From IMG/VR virus record IMGVR_UViG_3300025096_003663, positions 17,248 through 81,247 of that record: DNA of 64,000 nucleotides; one strand, written 5' to 3'. Origin of the DNA: a virus. Of this stretch, positions 21,085 to 31,000 are shown one piece after another; the first letter of the stretch is position 1; each line of letters starts with the position of its first letter. The position numbers and the translations under genes are program-made. Under the pieces are notes generated by a model, which saw only the letters and a program-made list of their open reading frames with translations, was not told the DNA's origin and did not search any database.

Positions 21085-22499
21085 TGGCTATTAAGAGATA
21101 TATTGCTGATGCAGATAACACCATAACGGATGCCCTTAAATCAAACCTGATTGACTCCGGAAGCCTAGCAAACATGGGAGAGGCAGACATCCTAGAGGTT
21201 TTCTCAATAAGAGGACAAGCCACATCTTCATCACTAGAGATTTCTCGGGCACTAACAAAGTTCCCAGTATCTACTATCATATCTGACCGAGCGGCAGGCA
21301 CGATACCAAAGAGCGGAAGCACCAACTTTGTGTTACGACTTTCCAATGCTCCTCACTCGGAGACAACCCCAACAAAATTTAATTTAACAGTCCAGCCTAT
21401 TTCCCGCTCTTGGGAGGAGGGATACGGGCTAGATATGGAAGAGTATAAAGACCTCGGGGCATCTAACTGGGTATCCTCATCTACAGGAGTATCTTGGACG
21501 ACAGAGGGAGGGGATTATCTCACTTCTTCAAACTATAATGTATATTTTCCCGGCGGCGACGAAGATTTAGAAGTTGATATCACAAACCTCGTTGAGCAAT
21601 GGATTGATGGAACCTTTTCCAACTATGGAGTGGGGGTTCATCTAACAGCCAGCGAGGAGAACTCTTCTAGAAGCTATTACACGAAAAAGTTCTTCGCCAG
21701 GGACAGCGAGTTTTACTTTAAGCGCCCATATGTCGAAGCAAGATGGGACTCTTCTGTTTCAGACGACAGGAACCAGTTTATTATCAGCAGTTCTCTTTTG
21801 CCGGCTGAGGATAATCTAAATAAGATCTATTTTTATAATAAATTTCGTGGAAAGTTTGTTAATGTGCCGGCAGTTGGAACGGGCAGCATATATGTTAGCC
21901 TCTATTCCGGTTCGGTCGGTCCTCTTGGAAGTAAACTAGATCTCCAAGGTGCCGCCACTTCCATAGAAGGAGCTTATGTCTCGGAAGGGATATATTCCGC
22001 ATCGGTAGCTATTGACACGAGTTTTACTACATTATACGATGTATGGCACGATAATGCTGGAACCGAGTTTTTTACCGGCAGTGCTATCAATCCAGTATCG
22101 TTCAATGCTTCATCGGATGACGAAGACGAAGAATACATCATTAAAATAACTAACTTGAAATCTTCATATTCTAAGAACGAAAAATCACAGTTTAGAATGT
22201 ATGCGAGAACAAAAGATTGGTCACCAAATATTTACACAATCGCCACTTCAGACATAGAGAATACTACAATAAACGATATGTACTACAAGCTCTATAGGAG
22301 CTCTGATTTGTATGAAGTCATTCCGTATGGCACTGGAAGCACGAACCATACGAAGCTTTCTTACGATGATAAGGGAAACTACTTCAATTTTGATATGTCT
22401 CTCCTACAAGAGGGCTACGAATATACATTCAAATTCTTGATAGAAGAGTACGGTGAATTTGTGGAACAGAAAGAAGAATTTAAATTTAGAGTTGATTAA
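21084..22499 (+). CDS. Virion structural protein with DNRLRE/CBM96-like domain
   Basis: ISRSWEEG, W...GGDY, VDITNLVEQW, NYG and F.R.S...RP pattern. Confidence 0.6.
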   Translation: MAIKRYIADADNTITDALKSNLIDSGSLANMGEADILEVFSIRGQATSSSLEISRALTKFPVSTIISDRAAGTIPKSGSTNFVLRLSNAPHSETTPTKFNLTVQPISRSWEEGYGLDMEEYKDLGASNWVSSSTGVSWTTEGGDYLTSSNYNVYFPGGDEDLEVDITNLVEQWIDGTFSNYGVGVHLTASEENSSRSYYTKKFFARDSEFYFKRPYVEARWDSSVSDDRNQFIISSSLLPAEDNLNKIYFYNKFRGKFVNVPAVGTGSIYVSLYSGSVGPLGSKLDLQGAATSIEGAYVSEGIYSASVAIDTSFTTLYDVWHDNAGTEFFTGSAINPVSFNASSDDEDEEYIIKITNLKSSYSKNEKSQFRMYARTKDWSPNIYTIATSDIENTTINDMYYKLYRSSDLYEVIPYGTGSTNHTKLSYDDKGNYFNFDMSLLQEGYEYTFKFLIEEYGEFVEQKEEFKFRVD

Positions 22500-22501
22500 G
22501 A

Positions 22502-25500
22502 ATGGGAATTAAAGATTTATTTAATAACGAGAAAGATACTAAAGTAGTATCTGCTACGAACAAGAAGAATATTTCCGAGGAAATTGAGTCCGAAGGGTAT
22601 TATACATCCGAAATACAGGAAAAGAACAAGTTCGAGCCCCATGTTGACTATTCGCTACCAAGAAACTTTGCTAAGTTTGGTTCGGCGAAGAAGTATTATG
22701 AAGACTCAATAACAGGAATATATACCACTTATCCATTCGATGGCTCAAAGAAAAATAAGACCCAATGGATGCTGACTGCCTCCGGTATTGATAGATATAT
22801 CTTCGAGAACGAATATCCCAGAACGAACGGCTATATAGACTTTTCTTATGGCGGCTGGGGATCTACTTCATTATCTACTGGGTCAACCACAGTGTATGCT
22901 CTTCCGTCCACCACAGAGTACATTACAATATATGGTGGACCAAATAAAGATCCGAATGGTTCCGGCAAAACTCTAGCTAGCATTTTCGCCAACTCAAGCT
23001 CAAACTTTTATGATGTCTCTGATAATCGAGAATCGAATTTAGAATTTGCCGATGGCGGTAACACTGTCGAATGGTGGATGAAGAAAGATGCCTTTGTCGC
23101 TGCTGGCCAGCAAGAAGTTGTTTTTGATTTATGGTCTAGCGGATCAACGACGGGTACCCCTGCCGGCGACTATGGTAGATTTGCTGTTCTCGTTAACAGT
23201 TCTTCGTCGCCGATTCATCTCTCTTATTTGTCTGGAATTTTTGGAATTAATGCTAGTTTTGATGGTGCACTTGCTCCTACAGCGGCATCTATAGCAGACG
23301 GCAATTGGCACCACTATGCCATCAGCGCTAATACCACACCATACGAATATTTGTCTAATACAAAAAGCATTTTGTTTGATGGAGCCGCCGAGTATATCGA
23401 AGTTGGAGCGATAGGAGGCACTGCTGATATCGGCGGCCGAACAAATACATCGCTATCTCTATGGTGCAAGATGACTTCTCTTGCAGTCGCCGCCAATGTT
23501 TATGGAAACGGCACCGCCGGAAACACGAATAGATTAAAGATATTGCCCGACGGCACGTTTCAAGTAACAATGAATAACGCTGGCGGCACTACTTTCCCCG
23601 CGACCGGAGCGGGATTAGTTGCCGCTGATACATGGTGTCATTTGGTTTTTACATACGACAGTTCAGACACGACCAACGGTGCAAAATTATATATCAACGG
23701 GGTCATTCAGAATGGAGCGGGCGACGCAACTAATGGCGCCTTGGATATTCCGACACAGGCACCAGCGCTGGCTAGCGGTCGCGCCGGCACAGCCGCTAGT
23801 CCATTTCCTGGGAATATAGATGAACCGAGTTTTTGGGATAGAACACTTTCCGCATCTGAAGTTCTAGGACTTTATAACAATGGAACTCCAACAGATCTAA
23901 AGGGCATGCCTGGATTAATATGCTGGTATAGGATGGGAGACGATCCTCGCGATAGTACAGACAGCACCGATCCCGCAGCGAGAATTTATGATCAAGTGGG
24001 CAGCAACAACGGCACTCCTGTAGATATGGAATCCACAGATATAGTTGAAGATGTGGCCGGCATCGGGCAGTGGGGGCGCATAAAAGCAGACTTGTATGTG
24101 GACGGTGTGTATAAAGATTCAGTTTCTGGGAGCGGAATCAATGAAGTAACAGGAGCACTAATCGCCAATGTTGGATCTTATTACGAGGCTAGGGCAGCAG
24201 ACGATTTATCTGTTGAGTTTACTGGATCTGTTGTTCCCGGATGGTGTAAACTCTCCGCCTCTATTGACGAATTTCGTTTCTGGAAAACTGCTAGGACTGA
24301 TAAGCAAATAGGAATGAATTGGTTTACTCAAGTGGGTGGCGGCACAAACATTGACGATGCAAACACCGACCTCGGTGTCTATTATAAGTTCAACGAAGGA
24401 ATCACTCAAACTGTCAGCATTGACTCGAAAGTCTTAGACTATTCTGGTCGATTCTCTGATGGTACCTGGACTGGGTATAGCGCTGGAGCAAGGAGCACTG
24501 GCTCTGCCATGGTGGATGCCGGTGCCACAGATTCAGAGTTCAAGGATCCCATTATCTACTCTTTCCACCCAGAAGTGGTTTCACTATCGACGACCAAAGC
24601 GATGGAAGGCACAGAATATGATTATGGGAATGCTTCTAGTATTTATTACAGCATCCCGTCTTGGATCATAGAAGAGGACGACACAAGAGGAGATTTATTA
24701 AACCTAACTCAAATAATCTCAAGCTTCTTCGACTCTCTCCAACTGAAGATCCAGGATATCCCAAGGCTCAAAGATGTTCAGTATGTCTCATCCTCTCAAA
24801 AGCCTTATCCGTTTACGAAGCGAGGAATAGAGTCGCTAGGCTTCACAGCCCCAGATTTATTTGTAGAATCAACTCTCCTCGAAAATGTAGCTTCCAGAAA
24901 TGAGACAGAGAATTTCGACGAGAAAATATACAATATCAAAAATGTGATATATCAGAACATCTACAACAATCTTCTGTATATCTACAAGACAAAGGGAACT
25001 GCTAAATCTTTTAGAAACCTAATGAGATGCTACGGCATTGATGAAGAGTTGATGAGAGTCAATCTCTACATCGACGGAGCCACTTACGATCTGGAAGACG
25101 GCTATAAGATAGAAGGCTTGGATAAGAAGTTCGTCAACTTTGCCGGACCAGATAGATTCAATGGCTCTGTTTACCAGACAGCCTCTTCCGACATATCCAA
25201 CTCGGTTTCGTTCCTCACAGCTTCCACTTTCGATCATCCAATGACTGTCGAAGTCGAGGCAATATTTCCAAAGAAATTCACAAAAGAGGACACTCTCTAT
25301 TTCGAGACAAACTTTGTTTCCTCTTCTCTATTCGGCATTCATACAGCCAAAGATGATGGAAGCGACTATACTTGGGAGACAGGAGATCCCGCCAACTTCC
25401 AAGTATATTCGGTAAGAAACTCAACTGAATCTGCTCACGGAAAGTTCGTTCTAAAGAGCACAAGCGAAAATTCGCCTTTCCCAACTCTGGAAACAGAGAT

Positions 25501-26998
25501 CTACAAAGACCTCTATGATAATACTAACTGGAATTTTGCCGTAAGGCTCAAGCAAGAGTATGAGATACTAAACACGGGCTCAGTCCCGATTCCAGCTAGC
25601 GACAACTCATACATCCTAGAGTTCTATGGTGTCGAGACAGAAGGAGACTATGTAAGAAATGAGTTTATCCTAACCTCATCCCTTGCTTATGCTTCTGGTT
25701 CAAACTTTATCAAGAATAATAAGAGGCTCTACACAGGAGCTCACCGAACTAACTTCACTGGCTCTACATTGGAGAAGACGGATGTTAAGATAACTTCTAA
25801 TCGAGTTTGGTACAGCTATCTAGACAGCGAAGTCATGAGGGTCCACGGCAAAGATTCTACAAACTACGGCACGAAATATCCGTTCGAGAACACATATGCC
25901 CTATACAAGGAGATAGGTGTTGAGATTCCCTCGATTGATACTCTCGCTCTCCATTGGGGATATAACACCCTAAGCAGCTCGGATGGCGGCAGCGGTCCAG
26001 GATACACAGCAGGCTTCCATGTCGATGATCTATCTTCTGGCTCAACAGCAGCAAATGTTACTTATGGCTCTCTCGATGATGTCTTGAAGAAGGAACACCC
26101 AGGACGAGGAAACTTCTTCCTAGCATCAGACACCGATGCTATCACTAAAGAGTATCTCTCGAATGCTAAGCTTCAAGGTCCGGAAACTATGCAGTCCGAT
26201 GATCTGATTCAGATAATCAACGGGCAAGACGATCAAATATTCACAAGAGAATCCAGACCACAACAATTCAGGTATGCTATTGAGAAAGGAATGCACCAGG
26301 TTATTTCGGACGAAATGATAAATGTTTTCGGCTCGATCATCGACTTCAACAATCTTATCGGAGAGCCCGTAAACAGGTACCGCCAAGATTATCAGGATCT
26401 AGGAAAGCTAAGACAGATATTCTTCAGCCGAGTAAAGAACACTCCGAATCTCATAAAATATGTAGACTTCTTCAAATGGATCGACGGCTCCATCACAGAG
26501 ATGCTACAACAGCTTATTCCAGCTACTTCAAACTTTTCACCAGATGTGGCAACCGTTGTCGAGAGTCACATACTCGAAAGAAATAAATACTACAACAAGT
26601 TTCCGACAATAGAATTCAAAGAAAACATCCCAGAAGATGCGGCAAGAGGAATCAATGAACTTTGCTATCCCTGGAAAGAGGGTCATGCTCCACAAAACGG
26701 GAAGCAAAACACTAGCTGTTTTTGGTGGAGAAACAGAGCAACCCCAGGACAACTCCCTCTAAACCCAGACCCAGACTCTGTTCGTTCCGGAGTAATAAGC
26801 ATTGCCCACAGCTCATTTCAGAGAGAACTAAATACTCTATACCGATTTTCTGGTGACGGCATTCTAAATACTGATGAGGATGCTAATGATCTAAGTGTGG
26901 TGAAATCAGTTATTAAGTTTGGAGCCAAGGGATTTATTTCCATTTCTGCTGATGATGTAGCTCTGGAAGAGGAGGATTGTACAGATGGGGAAGAATAA
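22502..26998 (+). CDS. Large virion protein with LamG/ConA-like domains, one nested inside another
   Basis: TVEWW, WHHYA, LYVDG and SIDEFRFW (outer); WCHLV, LYING and GNIDEPSFW (inner). Confidence 0.75.
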   Translation: MGIKDLFNNEKDTKVVSATNKKNISEEIESEGYYTSEIQEKNKFEPHVDYSLPRNFAKFGSAKKYYEDSITGIYTTYPFDGSKKNKTQWMLTASGIDRYIFENEYPRTNGYIDFSYGGWGSTSLSTGSTTVYALPSTTEYITIYGGPNKDPNGSGKTLASIFANSSSNFYDVSDNRESNLEFADGGNTVEWWMKKDAFVAAGQQEVVFDLWSSGSTTGTPAGDYGRFAVLVNSSSSPIHLSYLSGIFGINASFDGALAPTAASIADGNWHHYAISANTTPYEYLSNTKSILFDGAAEYIEVGAIGGTADIGGRTNTSLSLWCKMTSLAVAANVYGNGTAGNTNRLKILPDGTFQVTMNNAGGTTFPATGAGLVAADTWCHLVFTYDSSDTTNGAKLYINGVIQNGAGDATNGALDIPTQAPALASGRAGTAASPFPGNIDEPSFWDRTLSASEVLGLYNNGTPTDLKGMPGLICWYRMGDDPRDSTDSTDPAARIYDQVGSNNGTPVDMESTDIVEDVAGIGQWGRIKADLYVDGVYKDSVSGSGINEVTGALIANVGSYYEARAADDLSVEFTGSVVPGWCKLSASIDEFRFWKTARTDKQIGMNWFTQVGGGTNIDDANTDLGVYYKFNEGITQTVSIDSKVLDYSGRFSDGTWTGYSAGARSTGSAMVDAGATDSEFKDPIIYSFHPEVVSLSTTKAMEGTEYDYGNASSIYYSIPSWIIEEDDTRGDLLNLTQIISSFFDSLQLKIQDIPRLKDVQYVSSSQKPYPFTKRGIESLGFTAPDLFVESTLLENVASRNETENFDEKIYNIKNVIYQNIYNNLLYIYKTKGTAKSFRNLMRCYGIDEELMRVNLYIDGATYDLEDGYKIEGLDKKFVNFAGPDRFNGSVYQTASSDISNSVSFLTASTFDHPMTVEVEAIFPKKFTKEDTLYFETNFVSSSLFGIHTAKDDGSDYTWETGDPANFQVYSVRNSTESAHGKFVLKSTSENSPFPTLETEIYKDLYDNTNWNFAVRLKQEYEILNTGSVPIPASDNSYILEFYGVETEGDYVRNEFILTSSLAYASGSNFIKNNKRLYTGAHRTNFTGSTLEKTDVKITSNRVWYSYLDSEVMRVHGKDSTNYGTKYPFENTYALYKEIGVEIPSIDTLALHWGYNTLSSSDGGSGPGYTAGFHVDDLSSGSTAANVTYGSLDDVLKKEHPGRGNFFLASDTDAITKEYLSNAKLQGPETMQSDDLIQIINGQDDQIFTRESRPQQFRYAIEKGMHQVISDEMINVFGSIIDFNNLIGEPVNRYRQDYQDLGKLRQIFFSRVKNTPNLIKYVDFFKWIDGSITEMLQQLIPATSNFSPDVATVVESHILERNKYYNKFPTIEFKENIPEDAARGINELCYPWKEGHAPQNGKQNTSCFWWRNRATPGQLPLNPDPDSVRSGVISIAHSSFQRELNTLYRFSGDGILNTDEDANDLSVVKSVIKFGAKGFISISADDVALEEEDCTDGEE

Positions 26999-27146
26999 TA
27001 TCGGAAAGAATAACTCTTTCAAAAACAAGGTGAAGGGATTCGCTGCCACTATCGGAACAGACGATGAAGACACAAATTATATATTAGCAGAGAACGGTGA
27101 TGTTATTACGACAGAAGTCGGGGAAGAATTGACGATTGAATCCTAA
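26985..27146 (+). CDS. Small 53-aa protein missing from the ORF track
   Basis: GAGGAGG upstream; MGKNNIGKNNSFK...YILAENGDVITTEVGEELTIES; I.tE.G..I.tE repeats are common in small phage virion proteins. Confidence 0.65.
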   Translation: MGKNNIGKNNSFKNKVKGFAATIGTDDEDTNYILAENGDVITTEVGEELTIES

Positions 27147-27173
27147 TTACAACAAACAGAACGGAGATTTCCA

Positions 27174-27662
27174 ATGGCAAATGTAAAAATATCAAACTTA
27201 CCAGCAGCAGCAGATGTTACAGGCGATGACCTGCTTCCTGTTGTCGATGGCGGAACCACAACACAAAAAGCAACTTTTCAACAAGTATTGGACTATGTTA
27301 CGGGCTCTACTTTTGGCGAGCTTAATGTTAGCGGCTCTCTCATAGCAGATGTAGCACTAAGCGGAGCAGTCGGATCAGAAATAACATCAACTTCCTACTC
27401 TCTATCTTCTGCCGATAGAGGGAAGACACTCCTGTTTAGTAGTTCCGCCACTCAAGGAATCACTTGTTCATCGGGGCTCGATGTCGGCTATAATACCACC
27501 TTTATTCAACTTGGGAGTGGTCAGTTGGAGTTGTCTGCCTCGGCAGGAACTTCAATACTGAATCGCCAAAGTCATACAAAAACAGCGGGACTATACGCAG
27601 CAGCAAGTGTTGTAATAATTTCAGCTAACACATATTTGTTTGCTGGCGATACCTCGGCATAG
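27174..27662 (+). CDS. Short tail-fibre/decoration-like protein
   Basis: KISNLPAA..VTGDDLLPVV N-terminus; C-terminal L...D.G...IQLG.GQ...AGD domain typical of fibre ends. Confidence 0.65.
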   Translation: MANVKISNLPAAADVTGDDLLPVVDGGTTTQKATFQQVLDYVTGSTFGELNVSGSLIADVALSGAVGSEITSTSYSLSSADRGKTLLFSSSATQGITCSSGLDVGYNTTFIQLGSGQLELSASAGTSILNRQSHTKTAGLYAAASVVIISANTYLFAGDTSA

Positions 27663-27674
27663 GAGAAACCGTTC

Positions 27675-27983
27675 GTGTCTTTTATTTTTTTACCAAACCT
27701 AAAAATCATTTCTGGAGTCACTTCGACTGGCGGAGACATTTTCGACAATCCAGTGGCTTCATCATTTACAACATTTGAATACTCTGGCTGGGATGGAACA
27801 GTCGCGAACCCAATAACAAGTTCTGATTTTTCAGTCTATCAAAACTCGGCAACAGCCAGTTATCAGTATCCAGCCTGGGACGGCACAGTTGCCAACCCAA
27901 TAACAAGTTCTGATTTTTCAGTCTATCAAAACTCGGCAACAGCCAGTTATGAGTACCCTAGCTGGGAAACTGGTTCCGCATAA
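27675..27983 (+). CDS. Small repeat protein (29-aa tandem repeat)
   Basis: GTG start with AGGAG SD; WDGTVANPITSSDFSVYQNSATASY occurs twice. Confidence 0.65.
   Translation: MSFIFLPNLKIISGVTSTGGDIFDNPVASSFTTFEYSGWDGTVANPITSSDFSVYQNSATASYQYPAWDGTVANPITSSDFSVYQNSATASYEYPSWETGSA
27789..27965 (+). repeat. 87-bp tandem repeat (2 copies plus a partial)
   Basis: 57 bp identical at 27807-27863 and 27894-27950. Confidence 0.9.
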
Positions 27984-28036
27984 TAAAATAAAATGAAAAA
28001 GAAGAGTATTTACTTGTATAATAGAAAGAGAATCAA

Positions 28037-31000
28037 ATGACAGACAGTTTCTTAAAAATAGCACCATTCCAATTATTTAGTTCATCAGTAGATACCGGCT
28101 ACAATGCCGAGATCTCAGCTAGCTTTAAGCCGGGCATCGATATAACTAATATGAAAACAGATCGATACTCCGATCTGAATGATGCTCCAATGCAAGGACC
28201 GTTTACCGAGAAGTATGTGGGCGGAAGCCAATACAGACATGTCCCTCTGAACGACGGCAACGATACACCGCTTACTCGCCCAGAGCTATACAATATTACA
28301 ATGACATCCAGTGTCCTCAAAGTTATAGGACCAGATAATATTGATGTCAATCGAGCACGAGCTCCTTACTTTCGCGATGGCTTCTCCAAAAGACCAGTCA
28401 ACATAGCGAATATACATACGACCGGCTCCGATGTAGGAAACTACCAGCATGATTACCAGGTTGTACAGACGGTAAGCAGAACTACAAACAACCGAGCATT
28501 CACCGAGGCAACTGGTTCAGGCTTCGCTCAATATCTCACAACACAATTTGTGAGTGGAGCCAAAGATCCGAATCGGACACTTCCAGACTTCGATATAGAC
28601 GGCAAGAATGAGTTCGTCTTCGTCAATCGTTTCAATGCCCCAGGAGGCACTCAGGTAAGCTCTAGGGGTGTTTTAGATACATATGCCGAGGAGTATGCCC
28701 CCGCCAACGATATCAACACTAGGAACTACACAGTTCGCTCTCAGCTACGTTCTGATTTAGCAAGACACACACCGAAAGCTGGTACTGGAATACCGACACA
28801 ATATCATAACGACAACAGGAATCCGAAGATAGATTTTACAAAGGATCCTATAATAGTTCCTGATCGATATGCTTCTCGAATTTTGACAGAACGAAAATTA
28901 ACAGCTAGCGATGCCTCCACTGACGATGTTTATGGATATGCAGTATCTATGGTTTCCGGATCTGATGGTATTTACATCTTGGTAGGTGCCAGGGAGAACG
29001 ATTCATCGGATACAAACAACGGCGCCGCTTATATTTACCAGGTAACCAACTCAGGAATATTATCTGAGCAGAAACTAACAGCAAGCGATGGCTCGCCCCA
29101 AACCAACCAGCTTTTTGGAACTTCTGTTTCTATCACTTCCGGCACCGATGGAATTTATGCCATCGTCGGAGCGCTAGGTGATGATGAAGCAGGCACATAC
29201 GATGGTGCCGCCTACATCTATCACTCAACTAGTGCTGGAGTGTTGACCGAGCAAAAGCTAACAGCTAGCGATCCTCCTCTTTCCAATTATCGCTATTTTG
29301 GCAACTCTGTTTCCATCGCCTCCGGCACTGATGGCATCTATCTCTCTGTGGGCGCCATCGGAGATGATGAAGCTGGATCTAATGATGGCGGCGCTTATCT
29401 CTATCACTCGACAAGTGCCGGCATCTTGACAGAACTTAAGCTAACAGCTAGCGATGCACCCACTTCAGCCGCTAGAAACTTTGGCAACTCTGTTTCAGTC
29501 GCCTCCGGTACTGATGGCATTTACATCTCAGTTGGTGCATATGGCGATAGCGAAGTTGGTCCAGATTATGGTGCCGCTTATCTTTATCATTCAACAAGTG
29601 CTGGACCCTTGACTGAGCTTAAGCTAACAGCTAGCGATGCAGGCTCCTCAGCGACACCGCGTTTTGGCACTTCCACCTCTATTGCCTCCGGCACTGACGG
29701 CATTTATTTACTTGTCGGAGCCCGAGGAGATGATGAAGTTGGTCTAAACGACGGCGCCGCTTATCTCTATCACTCAACAAGTGCTGGACCCTTGACAGAA
29801 CTTAAGTTGACAGCAAGCGATGAGCCTGCTTCAGACGCTAGAAACTTTGGCAACTCTGTTTCAGTCGCCTCCGGCACTGACGGCATCTATTCACTGGTGG
29901 GCGCCGATTTGGAACCAGACGATGTTGGAATATTACAAGGCGCCGCCTATATTTATCACTCAACAGCTACCGCTTTGATAGCCCAGAAGGTAACACCCAG
30001 CGATGGCTCGGAATCAATAGCTCAAAGGTTTGGATCGTCAGTATCGATTGTCTTGACTACCAATCAAGTGGGTGCTAGCGACGTGTATGTTCTAGCAGGC
30101 GCCAGCGGCGATGATGTCGGACCAGGCGGCACCGATGCAGGTGCCGCATATCTCTATAGCGGCTCAAACAGCCAATTGAGATATAGTAGTGAATATTCTC
30201 AGTCATATGATAACGGATTTATAACTCATGCCATACCTCGGTCTGATTTGAAATATAGATGGATTCAAGCATCAGCCCTAACAACCGAGGCAGAATTACC
30301 AGGATATCAACACAGTAGCCCCACTCCATTCGGACCCTACGACGATATAAACTATGTTTTAGATAGTGGAAATCCGGCACTTCATAATATAATCGGCGAT
30401 GTAGTCGAGCCATCGAGGGGAGACTTCATTGGTATTTCTGGAACAGGATTAGATAAATCAGGCATAGATATCCAGACTACACTCGGATCAATAAACCTCC
30501 TTTCCAAGACAGCAGCCACCATTTTTAATGTTTACAATGGACCTTACCAATATTCTTCCTGGAATCAAGTAAGAAACAGCTACAACCCAATCGTCAGACA
30601 GCTTGTAAGGGAGAGTATTCTATCCCTCGCCAACCCACAGAAGACAACAACAAACTCCTTGGGAAATCAGGTATTTTCGAAAAGAAGTGATGGGGTAACA
30701 AACTATAAAGAGCCAGTTGTGAGCGAAAATGCTCATCCCGTTGAGCATAATCTTCTGGTCCGACCAGACCTCACCTCTCAGGAGACAATCCCTTCATCTT
30801 TGAAGTATTCTTTCGCCAACAATCTATCTTCTTTTACTCGGCAGTCTATCGTAAATAAGGCTAACATCCAGCAACAGAACCAGAGCTCTATGTATGACGA
30901 TATCAAAGACTACTATCTAGAGTCTCAGCCAGGCGGAGATAATCCGGTAGAGAAGTTGCTCGACATCAAATATTCTCAAGGATTATATCCAGCCGTAGCA

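Noticed and set aside
27789-30165. Diversity-generating retroelement TR/VR pair
   Set aside because: Repeat mismatches are not adenine-specific and there is no reverse transcriptase in the window
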